A model generated the notes under the pieces. It searched no databases. It was not told where the DNA came from and saw only the letters and a program-made list of their open reading frames with translations. DNA of 64,000 nt from Lachnospiraceae bacterium (GTDB taxonomy: Bacteria > Pseudomonadota > Alphaproteobacteria > RF32 > CAG-239), in contig CAVBCV010000001.1 in assembly GCA_963594125.1 (NCBI GenBank), positions 64,746 through 128,745 of the forward strand. Reading direction: 5' to 3'. This document shows, piece after piece, positions 10,964 to 19,910 of the stretch (positions within the stretch are counted from its first letter, which is position 1; each line of letters starts with the position of its first letter). Both the position numbers and the translations under genes were made by a program.

Positions 10964-10993
10964 AAAAATTCCGGTTTTAGCCGGAATTTTTTT
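10964..10993. terminator. Bidirectional rho-independent terminator.
   Basis: AATTCCGG-TTTTAG-CCGGAATT hairpin flanked by an A-run and a T7-run. Confidence 0.7.
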
Positions 10994-11231
10994 GAGCTTT
11001 TTTCAGGGTGGCGTTATATTCTTTCACGCACCGGAAAGAGTGACACTTACACGAATGATTGTTGAGTTTTTCGCCGCAATAAGGGCATAATTCAACAATA
11101 CCATTTGACGTGTAAACTTTGTGGACGGTAGGAAAACCGTTTTCGTACGGGATAAAAATATATGCCGGACGACCGTCAACTAATTTTATTTCCCTTAAAT
11201 ATAAAGGAAGATCAGACGCTTTGATGTACAT
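10977..11231 (-). CDS. Small Cys-rich (zinc-ribbon-like) protein of unknown function.
   Basis: 84 aa. Motif CPYCGEKLNNHSCKCHSFRC. The last 8 codons lie inside the terminator hairpin. Confidence 0.4.
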   Translation of the reverse strand: MYIKASDLPLYLREIKLVDGRPAYIFIPYENGFPTVHKVYTSNGIVELCPYCGEKLNNHSCKCHSFRCVKEYNATLKKAQKNSG

Positions 11232-11418
11232 AACAGAATTGTTTTAGAAAATAATAAGAATAACAGGCGGTAGTTTATTATTTCAGCGCATGATGTAAAG
11301 ATTTATTGCGTGATAAATCACAGTTTTCTGCTTTTTTGTTAATTTTTGTGTTGTAATTATTTGTAAAATTGGTAATCTGTGTCAGGTTTAAAAAATAAAA
11401 TTTCGTAGGACGAAAAAG

Positions 11419-12708
11419 ATGTTTGATATTAAATTTATCACCGAAAATCCTGATTTGGTTAAAGAAGGAATTGCTAAAAAAGGCTATACCAAAGAAGATT
11501 TGGATATAGACGCTTTAATTGCTTTGTATAAAGATATTAATAAGCTTAAAACCTCATCACAGGCTTTAGCGGAAGAAAAAAATAAATTAAGTAACTCAAT
11601 TAAAACCGCCGCGCCGGAAGAAAGAGCCGCTATTATTGCTAAAAGTAAAGCTATCGGTGAAGAATTTAAATCGGAGCAGGAAAAACTCAATACGGAACAA
11701 GAAAAATTTGATTTAATGATGCTCAAAATGCCGAATTTACCGTCGCCGGAAAGCCCGATTGGTTCTGATGACAGCGGCAATGTGGTTCGCCGCCGCGTTG
11801 GCGAGATTCCTCATTTTGATTTTACGCCGCGCGACCATGTTGAGCTGATGGAATTAAACGATTGGTCAGAGATGGAAAGAATCGCCAAAGTTTCAGGTTC
11901 GCGCACCTATGCGATTAAAAATGATTTGGCAAAGTTAGAGCTTGCTATGCACATGATGGTGCTTGACAAGTTGCGCGATAACGGCTTTACGGTAATTACT
12001 GTTCCGTCAATTTCAAAGGAAAAACCGCTGTACGGGCAGGGGTATTTGCCGTTTTCAAGAGATGAAGTTTATTATTTGCCGCAAGATGATATTTATTTGT
12101 CAGGTACGGCTGAATTAATATTAAACTCTTTACGCGCTGATGAAATTTTGCAAGAGAGCGAACTGCCGGTTTTGTATGCCGGTTTTTCACCGTGTTTCCG
12201 CCGTGAAGCCGGAGCTGCTGGTAAAGATACTCGCGGTTTGGTGCGTGTTCACCAATTTATGAAAACCGAACAGTTTGTTATTTGCAAAAACGATATTAAT
12301 GAGAGCGAAAAATGGCACCAAAAATTGCTGCAAATTTCCGAAGAAGTTTTGCAAGATTTGGAACTTCCGTATCAGGTTTTGGAAGTTTGTACCGGTGATA
12401 TGGGCGCGCCGAAATATCGTCAATATGACTTGGAAGCTTGGGTTCCGAGCCAAAATTGCTATCGTGAAACCCATTCATGCTCTAATATTACCGATTGGCA
12501 GGCTCGCCGCACTAACTTGCGTTATCGTGATAACAGCGATGGTAAAGTTAAGTTTGCTCATACCTTAAACAACACCGGTATTGCAACGCCGCGCGCATTG
12601 GTTCCGTTTATTGAAAATCATCAAAATGCTGACGGTACCGTTAATATTCCGGTAAAATTGCAGCCTTATATGGGCGGTAAAAAGATTATCGGTAAAAATT
12701 GCAAATAG
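11419..12708 (+). CDS. serS: Seryl-tRNA synthetase.
   Basis: 429 aa. N-terminal coiled-coil arm followed by a class II catalytic core (FRREAGAAGKDTRGLVRVHQF). Confidence 0.95.
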   Translation: MFDIKFITENPDLVKEGIAKKGYTKEDLDIDALIALYKDINKLKTSSQALAEEKNKLSNSIKTAAPEERAAIIAKSKAIGEEFKSEQEKLNTEQEKFDLMMLKMPNLPSPESPIGSDDSGNVVRRRVGEIPHFDFTPRDHVELMELNDWSEMERIAKVSGSRTYAIKNDLAKLELAMHMMVLDKLRDNGFTVITVPSISKEKPLYGQGYLPFSRDEVYYLPQDDIYLSGTAELILNSLRADEILQESELPVLYAGFSPCFRREAGAAGKDTRGLVRVHQFMKTEQFVICKNDINESEKWHQKLLQISEEVLQDLELPYQVLEVCTGDMGAPKYRQYDLEAWVPSQNCYRETHSCSNITDWQARRTNLRYRDNSDGKVKFAHTLNNTGIATPRALVPFIENHQNADGTVNIPVKLQPYMGGKKIIGKNCK

Positions 12709-12714
12709 TTTAGA

Positions 12715-12744
12715 GCGGCGGTTTAGAAAATAAACCGCCGTTTT
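12715..12744 (+). terminator. Rho-independent terminator after serS.
   Basis: GCGGCGGTTT / AAACCGCCG stem followed by TTTT. Confidence 0.75.
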
Positions 12745-12805
12745 AAGTTAAATCAGCTTGAATTAGGTATAAATATTCTTAATTTTATGTCAGAGGATTT
12801 TATTA

Positions 12806-13474
12806 ATGGAAAAATTGAATCTGAAAGAGCTTAAAGCTGCTGTTTTTGATTGGGATAATACGTTGGCGGAAAGCCGCACGGCGTTGGTTTATTGCGTTAA
12901 TCAGGTTTTGCAAGAATATAATATGCCGGAGTGGAATATTGTGAAAGCAAAAAGAGATAATACTCTTTCATTTAGGGATAATTTTCCGCGTATTTTCGGT
13001 GATAAAGCAGAGGAAGCCTATGAAAAATATACTAAAATTTATTTACAAAATGTCAGCAAAATGATTACGACTTTTCCTAAGACTCTTGAAGTGTTGCAAT
13101 TTTTAAAATCGCGAGACGTGAAGATTATGGTAATGAGCAACAAAGACCGCAAGCTGCTTGATTATGAGTTACCTTTGTTGTTTAATCCGGCGCTGTTTGA
13201 TAATGTGGTGTGCGGGCACGAGGCGATAAAAGATAAACCACACAGTGAACATTTGTTTTGGACGCTTAAAGATGTGTTTACCCCTCAGCAAATAAACAGG
13301 CAAAATGTATGGGTGGTCGGCGATAGTCCGCAAGACAGCGCATGCGCTAAAAATGCCGGAGCTCTGCCGATACGAATCGGAAAATCAATTTGGGAAGATG
13401 AAACTAACGATACTTCGGGTATTATATTTTTTGATTCATTTGTGGATTTTTATAAAACTCTGCTTTTATCTTAA
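12806..13474 (+). CDS. HAD-superfamily hydrolase.
   Basis: 222 aa. Motif I is VFDWDNTL (DxDxT), with a downstream GDSPQD motif IV. Confidence 0.7.
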   Translation: MEKLNLKELKAAVFDWDNTLAESRTALVYCVNQVLQEYNMPEWNIVKAKRDNTLSFRDNFPRIFGDKAEEAYEKYTKIYLQNVSKMITTFPKTLEVLQFLKSRDVKIMVMSNKDRKLLDYELPLLFNPALFDNVVCGHEAIKDKPHSEHLFWTLKDVFTPQQINRQNVWVVGDSPQDSACAKNAGALPIRIGKSIWEDETNDTSGIIFFDSFVDFYKTLLLS

Positions 13475-13524
13475 ACAAAAAAGAGTACATTAAAAACAAA
13501 CAACACTTTGATTTTGAAAATAAA

Positions 13525-14706
13525 ATGGTTCGGGTTCGTCATTTAGGAAATTATATCAAAAAACTAAATAAAATTCTGCTTGCCGCGGTGCTGATTTGCA
13601 TTGTGTGCTTTAATGTGGTTAAATTTTGCCGGTTGGCGGAAACAAATAATAGGCAGATTATAAATTATCAGTCACCGGTTGACGAGTTGCAAGATTTTAG
13701 AACTCCTCTGCCTTTGGAGCTGTATTTTGCGGAAAATTACGCTGAAAATAAAGAGCTTAAAATAGCGGTGTTTGCTGTTGATGAGCGTGTTTTTGGCAAG
13801 CAAGCATTAAAAACACTGCAAAAGAAGTTAAACATGGTTCAAAATGGGCAGGGGTTGTTGGTTTTTAGCCATAATAATGCTGATTATGCTAATCGGCTTG
13901 CAGAAAAATTGCAATTGCAGCTGCAAAAAATTGAATATAAAGAATTTTCAGATAAAATTGTGGCGCAGATTAAAGCGCATATAGCGCAAAAAAATAAATA
14001 TGTGTTGTTGATTTTGGATATGGAAGAGCTTGAGAGTAAGCAAGCCGGATTACAAATTGCCAGAGAGCTTAATTTGCGTCCGCGAGTGTTTAACTTAAAT
14101 GATGAAATGCCGCGGGTTCATAAAACTAAAAAAACAGAGCTAAATGATGAAGATTTAAGTTTGGCACAGCAGGAAGAAAATTTAAAGAAGTTTGCGGCGG
14201 ATTATGAACCTCAATTAGCGCGGTTTTTGAAAGACGTGTATGCCGGTTTTTATAAAATGCCGGAATATTCAGCCGCTGATGAGCATTTGTTTGACAGAGG
14301 TGTGGCGCAAGTTTTGGCGATTGATGAAAATAACGGCATATATAAGCAATATGGCGATATTTCTGCCGATACGGCTTTGGCGCGTTCATTGCTTAAAGGT
14401 TTTACTTTGGCAAAACAAGAAATGCCTGAGGCTCAGTATAAGTTTTTTATTTTAACCCGCACAAATAAGAAAAAATACGCCGTTGAAGATGATTTTATAA
14501 AAGAGATTAAAGCCGGTGAAGACGGAATAATGCTGGTAAACGGCAATAGGCGGGCAATGTTTTTGCCTTATTTTTGGAATATTTATCCCGATAAAGAAAG
14601 TTTTATTAAAAACTTAAAAATCAGCGCCGGTTTAAGCCCGGATTATTGGTCAAAAAAAATAAAAGTTTATTATTTCAGAGCAGTGGAGATAAAATATGAA
14701 AATTAA
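13525..14706 (+). CDS. Membrane-anchored protein with a divergent C-terminal AMMECR1-like domain.
   Basis: 393 aa. N-terminal TM segment ILLAAVLICIVCF. The C-terminus, DGIMLVNGNRRAMFLPYFWNIYPDKESFIKNLKISAGLSPDYWSKKIKVYYFRAVEI, matches the AMMECR1 consensus (hGl..g.rrGtlLPqVwe..pdkeeFl..l..KAGL..d.W....v..F.a). The canonical LRGCIG cysteine is not evident. Confidence 0.55.
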   Translation: MVRVRHLGNYIKKLNKILLAAVLICIVCFNVVKFCRLAETNNRQIINYQSPVDELQDFRTPLPLELYFAENYAENKELKIAVFAVDERVFGKQALKTLQKKLNMVQNGQGLLVFSHNNADYANRLAEKLQLQLQKIEYKEFSDKIVAQIKAHIAQKNKYVLLILDMEELESKQAGLQIARELNLRPRVFNLNDEMPRVHKTKKTELNDEDLSLAQQEENLKKFAADYEPQLARFLKDVYAGFYKMPEYSAADEHLFDRGVAQVLAIDENNGIYKQYGDISADTALARSLLKGFTLAKQEMPEAQYKFFILTRTNKKKYAVEDDFIKEIKAGEDGIMLVNGNRRAMFLPYFWNIYPDKESFIKNLKISAGLSPDYWSKKIKVYYFRAVEIKYEN

Positions 14707-16414
14707 AGGATATGAAGTAAATTTCAGTGAAGAAGAACTTGATACGATTTTAACTGAAAAAACACGTGAAATAGAACTTATATCACGCGAGTTTGAAGGT
14801 TACAAAAGCCTTCCTATCGGTGATAAGAAGGCTATTGACCACTTAATTAAAGCTGCTGACATAATAAATAATGTGGCGCTTGAGCAGGATAATCCGTATA
14901 ATTTGGAAATTAAGCGCGAGATGGAAAAGTTGGCGGTTAATGACGCTTATGTTGCTAAAGTGCTGCAACTTTTTAATTGTTTGAACGGGGTTGCCGGAAA
15001 TAACGGCATAGATAAAGATCCGGTGCGGATTTTTAAGAATTTGCCGCTTTTTAAGGGTAAAAATTTTTATCCGACAGATTTATCGGAAGAAGAATTTCAT
15101 GAAATTATTTTAAGGATGGCGGAAAGAGGTAAAATTGATGAATTGAAAAAGATTTTATCTGCCCGCACCATGGTCAGAAGAAACGGCGATGAACTAAAAG
15201 CCATAGATTACACGGAGTATTTTGCGCCGCAGTTTTCTGAAGCTGCCAATGAGTTGGAAGTGGCGGCTTATTATTGCACGGAGCCGGAATTTAAGGAGTT
15301 TTTAAGTTGGCAAGTTCAGGCGTTGCTGCAAAATAATCAGGATATGGATATGCTGGCTGATAAGCATTGGGCATTGCTGCAAACGAATAATTTGGAATTT
15401 ACTATTTCACGTGAAAATTATGAAGATGAAATGACCGGAACAGTGTTCAACAATCCGGAAGTGGCTAAAATTATCAGTGATAATAATATTGAAGTTGTGG
15501 CAAAAGATACGCTTGGCTGCAGGGTGGGTATTGTTAATAAAGAAGGCACGGAAAACATTTTGAAGTTTAAGCAGACTATACCTTATTTAGCTCAGTGGAT
15601 GCCGCTTAATAATAAATATAAACAAAACAGTTTTTCTGAAAAAGACTTAAAACAAAATATGGTTGATGTTGATTTAATAGCCTTAACCGGTGATTATGCA
15701 ATGTGCCGCGGCGGTATTACGCAAGCGCAAAATTTGCCTAATAACGATAAAATTGCCGTAAAATGCGGCGGATGGCGGCGCAATGTTTATCATCGCCAGG
15801 TTTTGCTCAGCTATGATGTTGAAAATGAAAAGAAATTGCTTAATCGTTTGGTTGATCCAGAGTTGCATAAATATGTTGATCACTCGCGGATAATTATTTT
15901 TGATATAGGGCATGAAAACGGACATTCACTTGGTCCGACAGCAGAATATCAAAATGCGCTCGGCGTGTTTAAGCATATTATTGAAGAACATAAAGCCAAT
16001 GTGTTTTCTATTGCGTCAATAGCAGAACTGGCTAAAAAAGAAGAACGTTTTACTAAAGAAGAATTGAAAAAGATTTATGCTTCATGGGTGGTTGAAACAC
16101 TGTTTTTAAGAGCGCGACCGATTTTTTCACAGCCGCACCGCATGGCTTCATTAATAGAGTTTAACTACTTGTTTGAAAATAAAGTTATTTGGTTTGATAG
16201 CAATAAAAAGCTGCATATAGATTTTGATTTAATCGGTATGGTGGCGTACAGACTGCTTGAAGAGACAATCAGAGTTCAGCTTTCAAAAACGGCAAGTAAT
16301 GCTAAATCCTTTATTAATCGTTGGGCGGTTTGGGGTGAATGGTCGCGCCATATTGCTGATGTGCAGCAAGAGTTAGGCGTAAAGCCGTATATCAAAATTA
16401 TAACCAATTTTTAA
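14696..16414 (+). CDS. Putative zinc-dependent metallohydrolase or peptidase (HExxH motif), family unassigned.
   Basis: 572 aa. Motif FDIGHENGHSLGP (HENGH) with downstream Glu residues (IIEEHKA). The start has a GGAG RBS and overlaps the upstream gene by 11 nt, which implies translational coupling. Confidence 0.5.
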   Translation: MKIKGYEVNFSEEELDTILTEKTREIELISREFEGYKSLPIGDKKAIDHLIKAADIINNVALEQDNPYNLEIKREMEKLAVNDAYVAKVLQLFNCLNGVAGNNGIDKDPVRIFKNLPLFKGKNFYPTDLSEEEFHEIILRMAERGKIDELKKILSARTMVRRNGDELKAIDYTEYFAPQFSEAANELEVAAYYCTEPEFKEFLSWQVQALLQNNQDMDMLADKHWALLQTNNLEFTISRENYEDEMTGTVFNNPEVAKIISDNNIEVVAKDTLGCRVGIVNKEGTENILKFKQTIPYLAQWMPLNNKYKQNSFSEKDLKQNMVDVDLIALTGDYAMCRGGITQAQNLPNNDKIAVKCGGWRRNVYHRQVLLSYDVENEKKLLNRLVDPELHKYVDHSRIIIFDIGHENGHSLGPTAEYQNALGVFKHIIEEHKANVFSIASIAELAKKEERFTKEELKKIYASWVVETLFLRARPIFSQPHRMASLIEFNYLFENKVIWFDSNKKLHIDFDLIGMVAYRLLEETIRVQLSKTASNAKSFINRWAVWGEWSRHIADVQQELGVKPYIKIITNF

Positions 16415-16462
16415 GATTGTTCGGCTAAAATTGCCTCAATAACAGTTTATAAGGAGACTGAA

Positions 16463-16831
16463 ATGTTTGGAAAATTGATTTACGGACAATTTTCACTTAA
16501 AGAAACTTTTTGGAAATACGGAGTGTTAGGTATTTTCGGGTGTTCTTTGGTAACCAAAATTTTTAAAATGTTTCTGCTTAAACATCTGAAAGGTGTTTCA
16601 TTAGGCGTTTATTACACGCGTTATTTTTCACCGCTTAATATGGATAATACCATGCTGTTTTTAACCATAGCATATTTTGTTTGTGCGTTTGCTCTTACTG
16701 TATATTGCATTATGGTTATCTTCGGGGTTTGGCGCAGCGCGGCAGAATATGATAAAAGCGTGTGGATGCGCCATATCGCGAAACTGATGATTTTATTGAC
16801 GGTTTATGCCGGATTAATGTTCGGATTGTAG
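16463..16831 (+). CDS. Hypothetical small membrane protein.
   Basis: 122 aa with 3-4 hydrophobic helices. AAGGAG RBS. Confidence 0.55.
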   Translation: MFGKLIYGQFSLKETFWKYGVLGIFGCSLVTKIFKMFLLKHLKGVSLGVYYTRYFSPLNMDNTMLFLTIAYFVCAFALTVYCIMVIFGVWRSAAEYDKSVWMRHIAKLMILLTVYAGLMFGL

Positions 16832-16839
16832 GATAAATT

Positions 16840-16998
16840 ATGAAAAAAGTGTTTTTATTGTTTGTAATTACCATGTTGGGGGCTTGTGTGGTATCAGGTG
16901 ATTTTCCTGAAAATCGTAATCGGTTGCATGAGTTGGGGCGTGATGATGTTTACTGCCAAAAAAATCCTGACAAGTGTATAGACGGCATACCGTGGTAA
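16840..16998 (+). CDS. Small lipoprotein, not in the ORF track because it is shorter than 60 aa.
   Basis: 52 aa: MKKVFLLFVITMLGAC, with a lipobox L-G-A-C, then VVSGDFPENRNRLHELGRDDVYCQKNPDKCIDGIPW. AGGAT RBS. Confidence 0.5.
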   Translation: MKKVFLLFVITMLGACVVSGDFPENRNRLHELGRDDVYCQKNPDKCIDGIPW

Positions 16999-17018
16999 TT
17001 TGCGGCAAGCGGTAAAGC

Positions 17019-17615
17019 TCAGGGTTGGCGCTCTATAAAGCGGCGCAATGTGCTGCGCTGAACGTCTAACCGGTTGGCAATTTCAGTTTTTGAGCAGCCT
17101 TTAGATAATAACTGCTGAATTTTACTCACGCTTTTGGAAAGCTTGAGCTTTTTTGATTCAGCAGAAAAAGGGCGTCCGAGCTTTTTGCCGGAAGCTTTTA
17201 GGTTGGCAAGCGATGATTTGGTGCGCTGTGAGATTAAATTACGCTCAATTTCAGCCGCTAAGCCGAAGGCAAAAGCCAAAACTTTAGACTGAATATCATT
17301 ACCTAAGCGATAATTTTCTTTTAAAGTCCAAACCTGACAATTTTTGCTTAAACATATTTCTAAGATGCGCATAACTTCAAGCAAAGAGCGCCCTAAACGC
17401 GATATTTCGCAGGCAATTAAAATATCGCCTTCTTGCAGAGAATCTAATAAACTTCCTAATTTACGGCTTTTAAGAGCTTTGCGTGATGAAATTTTTTCCT
17501 CAACCCATTGATTAATTTTTATGCGATTCTTTTTAACGAATTGTTCAATTTCATAGTGTTGGTGTTCAAGGGTTTGCTTTTGCGAGCTGACGCGAATATA
17601 GCCAATAACAGACAT
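17019..17615 (-). CDS. Serine recombinase (resolvase/invertase family). It is an orphan with no transposase nearby.
   Basis: 198 aa. N-terminal catalytic motif IGYIRVSSQKQTLEHQ with the Ser nucleophile, and a C-terminal HTH (CSKTEIANRLDVQRSTLRRF). Confidence 0.85.
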   Translation of the reverse strand: MSVIGYIRVSSQKQTLEHQHYEIEQFVKKNRIKINQWVEEKISSRKALKSRKLGSLLDSLQEGDILIACEISRLGRSLLEVMRILEICLSKNCQVWTLKENYRLGNDIQSKVLAFAFGLAAEIERNLISQRTKSSLANLKASGKKLGRPFSAESKKLKLSKSVSKIQQLLSKGCSKTEIANRLDVQRSTLRRFIERQP

Positions 17616-17727
17616 GCTTTTCTCCTGTTAGAATATTAAAAATAAAAGAATAGCTTTTTAAAGAATCTCTTGTAAATTTTAGATTTGGCTTTATTATAGA
17701 AGCAAATATTAATAAGGGAGATATAAA

Positions 17728-18033
17728 ATGACTGAAGATGCTGGTGATATTACCTATGATTTTGTGGTAAACGATGAAGATGAAGTTATGCTTTTGCTTT
17801 ATGCCGGTGAAACCGCTCCGGCGACTGAAACTCGTATAGTGCTAGACGCGGAAAATCATTCGGCAGAGCTGTTCCGTAATGACGATGAAAGCATTGTGCT
17901 TGAGGCTATTCCTGATGAAATTTTTGACAGCTTGATTGATGCCGACAAATTATTGGTTTGCGAGCTGAGCAATACTGAAAATGAAGATGACAGCCGCATT
18001 GTTTATGCTTATGAGGCTGATATAGAAGACTAA
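17728..18033 (+). CDS. Small, highly acidic protein of unknown function.
   Basis: 101 aa, very D/E-rich (for example NDEDEVMLLLYAGE and ENEDDSRIVYAYEADIED). Strong GGGAG RBS. Confidence 0.55.
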   Translation: MTEDAGDITYDFVVNDEDEVMLLLYAGETAPATETRIVLDAENHSAELFRNDDESIVLEAIPDEIFDSLIDADKLLVCELSNTENEDDSRIVYAYEADIED

Positions 18034-18037
18034 AACA

Positions 18038-18070
18038 AAACCGCCGGATTTGATTTACGGCGGTTTATAG
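18038..18070. terminator. Bidirectional terminator between the acidic-protein gene and the patatin gene.
   Basis: AAACCGCCG / CGGCGGTTT stem with a 12-nt loop and flanking A/T runs. Confidence 0.6.
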
Positions 18071-18919
18071 TTACTTTGCTAAAAACTTTTTAAGTGCTGC
18101 GAGTTGCTTTTTAGCGTCTTCACGTCCAAGGTTGTACATTTCCTTTATAATTTCAGGGTTAGTTTCGGCGTGTTTGATATTGATAAACCGGCTTGGTTTA
18201 ATAACAAATATTTTTCCTTGTTCAGACAGTTTTTGAATCTCATCAAGCTCTTGATTATACATTGCCGGACGATTGGCAAAAGCCTCAACAAATTTAGGAA
18301 ATTTGCGATAAACAAGTTTGGCAAGCCAAACAAATTTAGCGGCTTTTTTGCGGTATCCTTCCGGACGAGTTTGCACCACAATATTTTTTTCATAGCCTAA
18401 GTTAAAGGCGGCGTTTAGCGGAATGCTGTCAGCTATACCGCCATCAAGGTATAAATTGCCGTCAATTTCCACAATTTTAGAAAGAAACGGCATTGAGGCG
18501 GAAGCCCGCAAATAATCCATATATTTGCCGCTCATGTCAGGGCATAAAATATATTCAGCCTTGCCGGTTTTTAAGTTGGTGCAGGTTACATAAAACTTGG
18601 TTGCAGATTTTTTAAAGGTTTGGTTATCAAAAACATCAAGTTTTTCAGGAAGTTCATGATAAGCAAATTCAGTGTCAACCATATTGCCGGTTTTAAGCCA
18701 TGATTTAAAGCTCATAAAACGATAGTCGTCATTATATTTTAAGTTATAACGAATGCCGCGCCCGATTTGGCGGGAAATATAGCCGCAACCATGAATAGCA
18801 CCGGCGGAAACGCCGATTGCGCCGTCAGTAATAATGTTGTTTTCAAGCAATACATCAAGCACGCCAGCGGTATATATGCCTCGTTTGGCTCCGCCTTCAA
18901 GAACTAAACAACTTTTCAT
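18071..18919 (-). CDS. Patatin-like phospholipase.
   Basis: 282 aa. Oxyanion motif GGAKRG, GxSxG motif GVSAG, and catalytic DGG. The start codon abuts the stop of the upstream CDF gene (TAA-ATG), with GAGGA inside the CDF 3-prime end. Confidence 0.8.
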   Translation of the reverse strand: MKSCLVLEGGAKRGIYTAGVLDVLLENNIITDGAIGVSAGAIHGCGYISRQIGRGIRYNLKYNDDYRFMSFKSWLKTGNMVDTEFAYHELPEKLDVFDNQTFKKSATKFYVTCTNLKTGKAEYILCPDMSGKYMDYLRASASMPFLSKIVEIDGNLYLDGGIADSIPLNAAFNLGYEKNIVVQTRPEGYRKKAAKFVWLAKLVYRKFPKFVEAFANRPAMYNQELDEIQKLSEQGKIFVIKPSRFINIKHAETNPEIIKEMYNLGREDAKKQLAALKKFLAK

Positions 18920-19576
18920 TTATTTTTCCTCGCTGACAGTTTGCGGGTTACCGACCAAAATGTTAAATGACGATTTGATTAATCCGGCAGACCATTTTAA
19001 GATGATTAAACCTCCGATTAAGCCCATAAGCGGGTCAAAAAATACTAAGCCGAAATATTTGCCTAACAGCAGAGCTACAATAGCGGTTACAGAAGTTAAA
19101 GCATCGGCCAAAATATGCAGATATGCGGCCTTAAAGTTCAGGTTTTCTTTGTGGTGGTGATGTTCGCAAATTTCAGCCCCGTGGTGATGATGTTCCGACA
19201 TAATAAGGATGCAAACCATATTAACAAGCAAGCCGATTACAGTTACCAAAATAGCCTCGTTAAATGAAATTTTGGCAGGGTGGATAAAGCGATCAACCGA
19301 CTCATAAATAATACCGAATGAGGTTAACCCTAAAAATAAGGCGCTGGTGTAGCCGCCGAGAGCGTTTAACACATCTTCTTTGTTTTTGTAGCGATTGATT
19401 ACCGAGCACACCAAAAAGGTTATAAACAAGGCTAAGGCGTGGGTGCCCATGTGAAAACCATCAGCGGTTAAGGCCATTGATTTGGTTAAAATACCAAAAC
19501 TGATTTCCGCCGCCATGGTGATTAAGGTAACAATAATTACCAATAAGGTTTTGTTTTTTAATTTTTCATTATCCAT
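18920..19576 (-). CDS. Cation diffusion facilitator (CDF) divalent-metal efflux transporter with a His-rich loop, DmeF/CzcD-like.
   Basis: 218 aa and 6 TM segments. His-rich segment SEHHHHGAEICEHHHHKEN. Confidence 0.8.
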   Translation of the reverse strand: MDNEKLKNKTLLVIIVTLITMAAEISFGILTKSMALTADGFHMGTHALALFITFLVCSVINRYKNKEDVLNALGGYTSALFLGLTSFGIIYESVDRFIHPAKISFNEAILVTVIGLLVNMVCILIMSEHHHHGAEICEHHHHKENLNFKAAYLHILADALTSVTAIVALLLGKYFGLVFFDPLMGLIGGLIILKWSAGLIKSSFNILVGNPQTVSEEK

Positions 19577-19586
19577 TGTGTTCGTC

Positions 19587-19865
19587 CTATTTCATTTTGT
19601 TCAGGTGTTCAACCAGCTCATCAATCAAAGCTTGCGAATCCTTGTTATTTTTAAGCGCGTCTTTAATGCAGTTTTGCAAATGTCCGCGCACAACCTCTTT
19701 CCAAACGCCTTTTAAGGCTGATTGGGTAGAGGTGATTTGGTTTAAAATTTCCATACAGTCGCGATTTTCAGCAACCATTTTGTTAATGCCGCGAATCTGC
19801 CCTTCAATGCGGTTTAAGCGGGCAGTTAAGTGTTTTTTATCATCTTCAATGTAGCAAAAAGACAT
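19587..19865 (-). CDS. CsoR/RcnR/FrmR-family metal-sensing transcriptional repressor.
   Basis: 92 aa. Helical bundle with ligand residues C(37) in RDCMEIL and H/C in RGHLQNC (an x-C-H-C fingerprint). GAGGA RBS. Confidence 0.8.
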   Translation of the reverse strand: MSFCYIEDDKKHLTARLNRIEGQIRGINKMVAENRDCMEILNQITSTQSALKGVWKEVVRGHLQNCIKDALKNNKDSQALIDELVEHLNKMK

Positions 19866-19880
19866 ATTTAATCCTCAATA

Positions 19881-19910
19881 TAGTATATACCCCTATACCC
19901 TATCTATACG
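19881..19910. promoter_or_regulatory. Candidate operator for the CsoR/RcnR-family repressor: tandem TATA-C(3-4)-TATA repeats.
   Basis: TATACCCCTATA at 19886-19897 and TATACCCTATCTATA at 19894-19908, immediately upstream of the repressor RBS. This resembles RcnR/DmeR type-1 sites, which have AT-rich inverted flanks around a C/G tract. Confidence 0.4.

Noticed and set aside
16463-18070. Calling the serine-recombinase region an IS element or transposon.
   Set aside because: No transposase or terminal inverted repeats were identified by eye. A resolvase alone is insufficient, so it is reported only as an orphan recombinase or possible switch.
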